Assembly: GCA_003344405.1 (NCBI GenBank)
Contig: NOWV01000100.1
Span: 62,001-126,000 of the forward strand
DNA: 64,000 nt
Direction: 5' to 3'
DNA from: Trichoplax sp. H2
Taxonomy: Eukaryota
Shown here: in pieces, positions 54,247-64,000 of the stretch
Position numbering within the stretch: the stretch's first letter is position 1
Layout of the letters: each line of letters opens with the position of its first letter
The notes under the pieces: model-generated
Told to the model about the DNA's origin: nothing
Seen by the model: only the letters and a program-made list of their open reading frames with translations
The model's database searches: none
Translations under genes and position numbers: made by a program

Positions 54247-55950
54247 TTATTGCTTACTTATAATGCGCATATTTGGAGTATAATGGCTGGACAATTTAAG
54301 GGAAATCCAATCCGCTAGGCTAGTTGGACAGCAGGACAACAATCGATAAAACATTGTAAAAGGTCCAACATAGTAAAACCTTTTTGGTTTCCTACTAAGT
54401 AAAGCATCTTCTACTGCCTCCACTACCGGACTTAGATCAGTTGGTATTTTCGTACAAAGTTTTTCGATTTTCTCTTCAACTAGTGAAGACAAGAGATCAA
54501 AGATTATCAGCTCATTTTCGTTCTATGTTTGTAAATTATATTGTTGAAGCTATAGCTCTGTCCTGTAATACTGTAAATTGACGAATTTACTATATCAAAT
54601 CACTAAAATTTGTAAATTCAAGATATCAGTTACATCATTTACAATAGTTGTGAGTCTCTATTTTGTAAGCTTTTGGCCGATCTAGACTAATTAAAGTTGA
54701 CAATCCATTTCTTGTTCTGATTAACTGGTGGATTAAGCCTACTTTGATGAATAAAGGCTATACAGTGAGTTATTGGATTCTATTGATGATACATTTGCAG
54801 TATATTTGTCTTTATTTGATTTCTTTCATTAAATAGAATAGTGTTTGTTATTTTGCAACTATGAATAAGTATAATTCTATATGCATGTATGTCGGGTAAT
54901 AGTAATATTATGATCTCTACTGTAATCACTTTTATATGCATCAATGCGTAACTAGACATCACCGAATAGATCCAGTCTTGAATACTAGTAGAATATCCCG
55001 TTAGTGATACTTTGCGTAAATAGATTGCTATTCCAATGCGTCCATAAAACTGAGGCTATTTTCGTGGTAGTAAAATATATCTGCATTTTACGCTACTAAA
55101 GTAATCGTAATTGCGGAATAATATTACTATCGATATTTACTGCTAGAACAACATATGCATCTTACAAGATATCGTAGTCTCTATCAGGTTTAATTCATGC
55201 AGATTTACCTTGTGCAAGAACCAACTTATAACTCTCTTTGACATCGTCACTAGCATCATTATATCTAGAGCGTGTTGATTCGATCATTCTGTCAGGGATA
55301 GTCATACCAGTTGCAAATCCTGTTGGACAAACACAATGAACTCCGACACCGAAGGGAAGCATTTCCAATCTTAATGCATTGCAGAAAGCCACTACACCAA
55401 ATTTAGAAACAGCATAGGCTCCAAATAATGGCGATGCGTGAATACCAGCTACACTTGCCATATTGACAATTCGACCTCTCTCTTTCTTGATTAAAGGTAG
55501 AAAGTGACATGTTACGTCAATTAGACCGAATAAATTGACATCAGCAAGTCGACGAAATGTATCAATTTTGAGCCAATCGATAAATGCAGTTTCACATAAT
55601 CCAGCATTATTGACGAGTCCCCATAGTCCTTGCCCTTCTGGTAATTGTGCATTAACTAAATTGACTGCTTGTTGAATTTGTTGGCTATCGGTAACATCGA
55701 GCTTGAAAGGAATCATACGATCAGCATAGCATTTTAATTGTTGTACTGACTCCTCTTTTAAGCAAGCAGCAAAAACATGAAAACCAAGCTGATGGCATCG
55801 CTCAGCAAATGCTCTGCCAAATCCACCATCGCATCCAGTAATCAGGACATACTTATCTTGGATATTGCTGACTTGATCCTTTTTGCTGAATACGTAAGCT
55901 AAACTAGCAAATAGAAAATTCGTTGCGGCTAAAGTAGTTGTAGCGTCCAT
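54247..55950 (-). CDS. Short-chain dehydrogenase/reductase, SDR9C-like (retinol / 3-alpha,17-beta-hydroxysteroid / hydroxybutyrate dehydrogenase group)
   Basis: Exons 55950-55209 and 54479-54247. KYVLITGCDGGFG, GLWGLVNNAG, GRIVNMAS, catalytic YAVSK, C-terminal DLSPVVEAVEDALLSRKPKRFY and an N-terminal hydrophobic anchor. Confidence 0.92.
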
Positions 55951-56059
55951 CAATCAAGCTAACTCGTCGTCGCCAATTGCCGTTTTAATGAATTAATAAG
56001 TGTACTCACTGATTGTCAACAAACTTGGTTTGGTGGCGTTTAGTTGTTCTAGTTGAAGT

Positions 56060-56121
56060 TTTAATTTTCACCGTCGTAATCTCTGTTTAATTTTCACCGT
56101 CGTAATCTCTGTTTAATTTTC
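56060..56121. repeat. 26-bp tandem repeat, ~2.4 copies
   Basis: tttaattttcaccgtcgtaatctctg at 56060 and 56086, partial copy at 56112. Confidence 0.9.
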
Positions 56122-56819
56122 GTTGGGATGATATTCTAGATATATGCTTCGATGCACTGAAGAAGCTTCAGAAGGGATTGCTTATAGATAAAATGTGGAG
56201 CTGAGTAGCCGATGGGATGAGTAGTACTGAACCAATCGAGCTCTAAAATGCCAACTGTAAAGTTGAATAGTAAACACGTTGATTAAAAAGTTGCTTGTAA
56301 CATAGAAGGTAGAGTAGTACCGCTTCTATCAGCACAGAGACTAATATTAGAAGAGTAATTCTACTTTACAGTATATCAAGTTACAAAGTAGCTTTGCCGG
56401 ATCGACGAGGGTAGAGTATACCTACTTTTATATTCACTCCTTCTGCCAAAACCTCGGTCGTGACACGACACCACTGCAGGTAAATTAACAGACAGATCTT
56501 TAATAAAATGTAATTAATTTTCGGACAGCAATCTCCTTCAACAGAATGGACACCACTTCTGTTACGTATGTTGAGATAAACAGTGGACCCAATAATAGAT
56601 TCAATACTGTATCTATGATCAGCAAGAATTAATTACGTCCGTTTAGATAAACAGTGGACGCAAGAATAGATACTGTATCTAGAATGACAATTAATCAGCA
56701 AGAATCAGTAGGAAAAGATTGGTAAGTGAGACACTGCCAAGCATAAAATTCAGTCTTTACGCTAATCGCTTCCAGTTGTGTCAAATACTAATCACTCCCT
56801 TCCAATCTAGTGCGAAAAA

Positions 56820-57680
56820 TTCAAGTACAACAGTGGATACAAAGCACACGATAGGAGAAAATCTGGATAATTTCTAGACGAAGCAATCTGGTGTGAAAAA
56901 TTCGAGTTCAACAGTCGATGCAAGGCACACTATTGAAGGAAAGCTGGACAATTTCTAGACGAAGCAATCTCGTCTAACAATTCGAGTTCAACAGTTGATG
57001 CAAGACACACTATTGAAGGAAAGCTGGACAATTTCTAGACGAAGCAATCTGGTCTAACAATTCGAGTTCAACAGTTGAAGCAAGGCACACTATTGAAGGA
57101 AAGCTGGACAATTTCTAGACGAAGCAATCTGGTCTAACAATTCGAGTTCAACAGTTGATGCAAGGCACATTATTGAAGGAAAGCCGGATAATTTCTAGAC
57201 GAAGCAATCTCGTCCAACAATTCGAGTTCAACAGTTGATGCAAGGCACACTATTGAAGGAAAGCTGGACAGTTTCTAGACGAAGCAATCTGGTCTAAAAA
57301 TTCGAGTTCAACAGTTGAAGCAAGACACACTATTGAAGGAAAGCTGGACAATTTCTAGGCGAAGCAATCTGGTCTAAAAATTCGAGTTCAACAGTTGATG
57401 CAAGACACACTATTGAAGGAAAGCTGGACAATTTCTAGACGAAGCAATCTGGTCTAACAATTTGAGTTCAACAGTCGATGCAAGACACACTATTGAAGGA
57501 AAGCTGGACGATTTCTAGACGAAGCAATCTCGTCTAAAAATTCGAGTTCAACAGTCGATGCAAGACACACTATTGAAGGAAAGCTGGACGATTTCTAGAC
57601 GAAGCAATCTCGTCTAAAAATTCGAGTTCAACAGTTATTGCAAAACACTTTTGAAGAAAAAGCTGGACAATTTCTGGACG
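56820..57680. repeat. 80-bp minisatellite, ~10.8 copies
   Basis: TTCGAGTTCAACAG starts at 56901, 56981, 57061 ... 57621 at exact 80-bp spacing (TTTGAG variant at 57461). The first unit at 56820 is diverged and 81 bp long. No unique spacers. Confidence 0.97.
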
Positions 57681-58571
57681 AGGTAATCAGAGGGCAACAG
57701 AGTCCTTCCTTCCTTCCTTCCTTCATCAGTTGCCGCAACTGCAATATCGACGGATAGTAAATAAGAAGGTACGTCTATACTGTCAGCAATTTGGATGGAA
57801 GCTTTTCATGTACCGTATGGATAATGCAGCAACGTTTGATACACTCTACTGTCTAAAAGTCAAAGAAAAGGGTTCACAACTGGTCAACTTTGTTGTCCAA
57901 AATTGGCGTAATAGCAGCATCGATTGACAATAAATAATGAATTTGTGTAGGATAAGAATAGGTAAGATCTATGCTATTAATGATAGGATTTTATACTACT
58001 TTAGTAACGAGAAATAATAAAAAGATATCAGGTCATTTAGAGCATTTTCCTAGTATAATGTTCCATTCATAGAGTTCGGTATATAGAATAGACTAGCGGT
58101 TTATCATTACATAGTACTACATCAGTTTCTATCTGCAAGTCGACATACCATACAAAACTTGCAAGTAGACAATATCTAGTCAACACTCTATACCGAATGA
58201 TATGAATGGAACATAATACTCGAAAAATTCCCAAAACCATCTGATATTTGCTCGTTACTTCTCATCACTGCAATATTCTAGAAAATATATCCAATAGAGT
58301 AAAACTTAACTTATTCCTAAGCAATATAGAGTAATTATTGAATTTATAATCTGTATGTTAAGACCGCAAATTTTCAACAACAAAATTGACAAGTTGCAGC
58401 CAAGTTTCCTTCCATTTTAGACAGTATAGTGTATCAAACATTCATTCACATGCCATATAATAACTTATCTAACTGGCATAATCATTACTCACTATAGAAT
58501 AAGTGTGATTAAGCCAGCAGCTGGCACCACTACTAGCCACAGCTTCCAGTCAAACGGTCAGTAAAAGCAAC

Positions 58572-61500
58572 ATGGCGGATGACGAAACCATTCTATCCGT
58601 TTTCGCTTCTGATTTTCCAGGTATTTTACCGTAGCGAGCTCATGAATGAAATGCAATTGAGTTAGATTTATTATCAATCATTTACCAGATCAATTAATAT
58701 GAAGGCAATAGTGTTTTATAATGGCTGCTCTATTGCAAGTATTTGATTGAATGGAGCGTTCTGTCTTTGCAACGCCAATTCAAGTCAAGTCGCAAGCGCA
58801 AATAGAGTAAAATACAACATTAATTCCACTGTTGTGGCATCATTACTGATGTAATCTAGCTTGTAGACTTCATTGGTGTAACATTATTAGACTGTAATCT
58901 AGTTTGTTGCCTATCTACCAATGGATTTCAATCATTTTCAAGTTTGATCTTCTAATTGATTCGATCTACACATGCAGCTTCGTGGAGGAATAATGAAGAC
59001 TTTAAACGTTATGTAGCTCAGATGAGTTCCTGCTCTATCGACACTCTAGGTATGTACTTTGCCTTGGGTTAGCTCTACAGTAGTTGATATAAATTAATTG
59101 GGTAAAGTTACCATTTTGCGATACTAGAGTAAAGGAAGATATGCCATAATTTTAGTGATAATACGTATCTATCGACGTATACTTTTCGATATTCCTTCTA
59201 GTATCATTACAATTTTCAACTTTTTCCAATCATCATTACATAACAGTATTGGCATATTGTAAAGTATTCACTCCAACTATCTTTGCTAAAGCTAAACATG
59301 ATAACAAGTCAAGCGCTATATTAATAGTATAACATCCAATCCTTATATTAGCTACCGAACCTGAACGCCTAAAAGAAGAAGAAGAATTAATTGGTCGTCA
59401 AACTCAAGATTTAGCTTTCAACAATTATAAAACTTTTATTAAAACGGCGGAGTGCACTAATAGAGTCTTTCAAGAGGTAAGTCAACAAGAATTGGCTAGA
59501 GAAATTGACAACAAATTTATTAACGGATTGATAATTTTATATTAGAAAACAATACATTAATAAAGCTTGTGGCACCATGCCATGGGCACAAGTTATCATG
59601 TCTAATCTAGACAACTACACCTTTCCAAATACTCTGTGGTATTATAGTTTCTGCAGGTAGAGCAGCACGTCAACCTACTAATCAAGTCGATACCAGTTTT
59701 AAAAGAAAGTTGCCATGATTTTGTTAACGCAGCGCAGTCGATTAACTTAAGGTAAACTTCCTCACCGATTTGTGTCCTCGTTACAACGCATAACTAAAAA
59801 TCCGTTACAGGATCATCTATTAATATGCTATTGCTTATTGCTGTGACGTTCACGTCTATTAACGCCTATCCAACCGTCCCTTCTATAGCCGAAAGCAAAA
59901 TTCTGCCATTTTGTCACGGCATACGCAATTACTGGAAATTTTAGAAGTTCCACAGGTAGTGTAGGCATATAGATAGCGTTTGCTATGCTCACGACAATTG
60001 GTCAATAAAAACTTGTATAAATTCATGAGTGCGACTGGAGAGTTAATGAAACTGCTCCATTTCCTATACAGCTAATGGATACATCGGTCAGAAATTGCTA
60101 TTACGAGGAAGCTTTAGAATTGATCGAATATGTTAAAAGACTAGAAAAGAAGCTATCTTCTATTCCAGTTATCATGGTATATTTAATAAACACCCAGTTC
60201 TGATCATTACAGTTACACGCAAACTAATTGCTTCTTCTAATTATCAAATGAAATTTGCTTTTTATTCCTAACTTTAGAACATAGTAGAAGATGTCCGAGC
60301 TTCAACTCAGTTAATGTTAAATCAATTGTTACAACAACTTCATGATGATTTACAACTACCGGCATGCTTAAAAGTTATAGGATATATCCGTAGATTAAAT
60401 GTTTTTACCGAACCTGAATTAAGAATTAAATTCCTCCAAGTACGGCTTTAAGTTAGAAAATTACCAATGCTTACACTTTATAAAATCCAACTCAATATTA
60501 AAGTCCTTATTCATTCAAATAGGCTAGAGATACTTGGTTCAGGAAAATTTTAGATAACATTCCTGATGATGAACGTAAGTAACTCCTTTTTACCACTTAA
60601 AATATTTACTTTCGCCCTGCAATGCTAACATTGTGTTCATATCACTATATTTAGCTTACTATCATATAAGCAAGACAATCGAAGTTAGTCGGGTCCATCT
60701 CTTTGACATTATCACCCAATACAGAGCTGTCTTTCCTGACGATGATCCGCTGTTGTCAACTGGATCTGGCAACCAAGCTAACAAAACTAAACCTGTTGCT
60801 ATTTTTTATTGCTGGCTTATTCAAAAAGTTAGAAAAATACTCCTTCTTATTACTGGATATAAACTGACCTGATGTTGGTTGAGCCAACCAACATCTGTGC
60901 GTTAATATCAACATGCCTTCTTAAATGTTACTTATCACTTTTGTATTAATCGATAGGTAAAAGATTTTCTATCCACATTGGATTGCGACTTGTCACGAGG
61001 TGTTGGTGGTCGCTTAGATTCGTTGCTAGGCCAGTGTATGTATTTTGGACTATCTTTTAGTCGTGTTGGAGCGGATTTTAGAAATTTGTTAGCACCACTT
61101 TTTCAGCGGACAGTAATGAAAGGCTTTTCGCGAACGGTCGAAGATGCTACAACTCAGTATGTCAATATTCAGCCATTCTTAAATAGTATATTAGTTGTCA
61201 ATTGCGCAGACTGATTCATCTGAGGGTGCCATTTATTTTGAAGGTTTCAAGATAGTTTAAAGTCTTACAAACTCGTTAGGCCGTCTACTGTTGTTGCTAG
61301 TATGGTTTCTAAATATGAAATTTCGAAACGTAAAGTACGTAGTTATGCTGCACTCAAATTGTTCACTATTGCCGTCAACGTAGCCTATTATTGTCGAACT
61401 GCCTTCTTTAATTATACTTGCACCGTATGATAATTTGGATTATAGGAATCGGATTTATCACCCCCTATGATTCTTCTAGAGTTTGATCCATTAGCAGGAT

Positions 61501-62141
61501 ACACAAACTCTGTCTTGGCTGCATTCAACGAAATTAGATTATGCGCTCCGGTAGCCATTGCCCCAGCAGTAGCGAAAAAATTGCAGGGGTCACTCGTTAC
61601 TTGTGCAATTACGATATGTGACTATTATAGGTAAGTCATCATCATAATATTAGTATAAAAAATACTATTATCATAAAGGAACTTTTTCCATTTCTACAGG
61701 TTGGAATCCACTACGTTAAATCAAGATGAATTTAACCTCCTCACTCGGTTTTGTGATCTTTACGCTAATACATTGGTTCCTTATTTAGCTCGATGTTTGA
61801 GCGCTTTATTTTCTACAACATCAATTAATTCATTACTGGGTCAAACTGTGGCTCAACAGGAAGGATCAGTAACGAATGGTAGTGGAAGAATTGATGTTGA
61901 TGAAATATTCAATGTATTAAAACCATTCCTGCCTCAAAAACCTCCCGTCACTGTTTATCGTAATAGTAGTCTAGAAAATATAACGAAAAAAGACTCAGTT
62001 GATACAGAATCCAATGCAGTAAAATCTTCAGAATCACATGCAGAATCAGATACAGTAAAGGTATCAGAATCGCCTAGAGAGGATGTTGATGATATTGCCA
62101 CAACATCGGATGCTAGTGAGGAACACAAACATTCAGATTAA
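58572..62141 (+). CDS. COG8: Conserved oligomeric Golgi complex subunit 8 (Dor1)
   Basis: 13 GT-AG exons: 58572-58620, 58978-59049, 59352-59476, 59648-59751, 59888-59955, 60072-60175, 60278-60439, 60523-60574, 60654-60827, 60957-61156, 61244-~61334, 61446-61630, 61700-62141. Motifs [77 protein letters not shown] and PPMILLEF. Confidence 0.95.
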
Positions 62142-63600
62142 ATCTCAATAAATATTGACGACTGTTATGCGCGTAGACGTGAAAATTAATTACTACCATT
62201 ATTGAATGTCTATTTAATAACGTACGAATCACTCTCCTAACTTTAATAATGTAAATAAAATTACAATATATCGATTTGCTATCAGTATGTGTGGAATTGA
62301 TGAGAATAAGATTGTATATAGTATACATTAAATGTGATCTACTGAACTGTATTTGCAATACAAGAAATTAGCGTCAAGTTCTATCGCAGGTGTTGTATAT
62401 GTCATGTCTTGTAACCCATGTCGTAACGTTTATTATTGAGGTATTGATCATAGAAATTTTTGACTATCCTTTTCTACCCAATTTTATTAACACCAAATAG
62501 GTTCATGAAAAGGAAAATTACATTCAAATCATGACTTTGTCTACAGACTGTATATACGATAAAGACTCATAATCGTACCTATAACTGACAGGCAGTATAT
62601 AATATCGTTAGCATTAGATCACGAAACGTATCTACTAATACTTTAAACTTGGCACTGCTATGACTTTAAACCTGAGCAAAGATCTGTCCCATAGCGCAGT
62701 ATAGCAAAACATAATTTGATAGCCTTAAGAATGTTTCTAGCCTTCGTTAATGACCGCTGGAGTTACTAGATGCACCTTAATTAGCTAATTTGAGAAGACC
62801 TATCTTCTTAATGTAGTATACGCGCATTCTAAATTAGCACCCTATTATAATTTAGCTGCAAACACAGCTTTACAAAGACAAAAATAAATTTATATGTGGC
62901 GCTAAGCAAATCGTAAATATGACGTCAATTAATTGATTTTAAATTTCTCAACACAATTTTAGTCATTTTTCTAAAATCTTACTACCTGCGGCCGTACTTG
63001 TTAGATGCATTACGTAATTGGACAGACTGCCACACTGTTTGCTTCCGCACAAAGAGACTGAACTATTTATATGCATCCTTATTGAGCTATTACCAACACT
63101 ATTGATGCAGTATATTCTCATATCATCTAGTGAGCTAATCTAAAGGATAAGGAAGCTGAATGTCATAAAAGAATGTAAATAAATAGTATTCCTGGGTATA
63201 GTTTTGTTAGATTTTAGACTAGCAACTATGCTTCTACGTGAATATCTCCCTTTACTGATTTTTTTTCAATCCCTTATATACCTTTGCTTATCGGATACGT
63301 AACCAAAACTCGTGCCGTGATGTAGCCGATAAGAATGAATTCAAAGAATCATGCAATTAGATAATAAGGCGCTCTAGTAATAACTCAATATAAATTCGCA
63401 ACAGCTTTTAACTACAAGTGTTCTAAAACTACGAAGGCTAAACCTTCATTGTTATTAATTTACATTTCAATACCTACTACAAGTGTCAAATATACTGTAT
63501 TAGCTATTATAGTCAAAACAGCTTCTTATTGATTGATTGATTCACAGCGCTAAGTCAATATTCTGATTCCGATTCAGTAAACATAGTATCAAATAACCAA

Positions 63601-63864
63601 TCACTCGGGAATAAATCTTGAATAGATTATCGTAGTGTCATGAACTCTTGATTTCAAAACTGCATGTAACTTAAACTTACTTAAAATCAACATTTTTCAC
63701 CTGTAAACAATTGATCTAATTTAGTTGGCGATGGTGGAGAATTGTACCTATCGGCCAAACAGTATAAAATACTCGAAAATTCACTTACTTAGTAGAAATT
63801 GCTGTTATAACTTTAGCAGAATCGATAAAAGGATGATGTGGTTGTCCAGTTGTATATAAGTAAT
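63601..63864 (-). CDS. Possible 3' exons of an uncharacterised gene extending off the window
   Basis: Blocks 63864-63789, 63748-63701 and 63659-63601 join in frame through 40- and 41-nt GT-AG introns to give YLYTTGQPHHPFIDSAKVITAISTKYNSPPSPTKLDQLFTVLKSRVHDTTIIYSRFIPE*. No family recognised. Confidence 0.3.
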
Positions 63865-64000
63865 CTGATCACATGATTATTTTAATTGTCTATAAAAAAA
63901 TTTAGTGCAATTTTTTCATGTATGAGTAATACTAGCTAAATATATTATTTTTTAGTCTATGATTGTATTGTATCAGTTGCAAGTAAATTGTGAACAACCA

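Noticed and set aside
56820..57680. CRISPR-like array
   Set aside because: The whole 80-bp unit is repeated with no unique spacers, there are no cas genes, and the context is eukaryotic.
62142..63000. Peptide deformylase gene overlapping the COG8 3' end, as in some vertebrates
   Set aside because: No GxGxAAxQ, EGCLS or HExxH coding sequence was seen downstream of COG8.

Overview
AT-rich eukaryotic (animal) genomic DNA with short GT-AG introns. The gene content and compactness resemble a placozoan (Trichoplax-like) or another early-branching animal; this is inference, not a database result. Genes: three paralogous intronless class A peptide-type GPCRs (+), PSMD9 (7 exons, -), a long CARD-NB-ARC Apaf-1-like gene with a strongly diverged C-terminal region (-), an atypical intronless GPCR (+), vitamin K-dependent gamma-glutamyl carboxylase GGCX (6 exons, +), an SDR9C-type short-chain dehydrogenase (2 exons, -) and COG8 (13 exons, +). 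Non-coding structure read directly from the sequence: a ~630-bp TG...CA solo-LTR family in four copies (two with perfect 5-bp TSDs, two forming a long inverted pair), two further LTR-like elements, a ~270-bp tandem array with A/B dimer structure, an 80-bp minisatellite and several small duplications. A cryptic minus-strand exon at 20045-20194 encodes a BH3-like motif and may be a decayed Bcl-2-family gene. No CRISPR array, rRNA or tRNA was seen. All exon structures and family assignments were made by eye and need confirmation.
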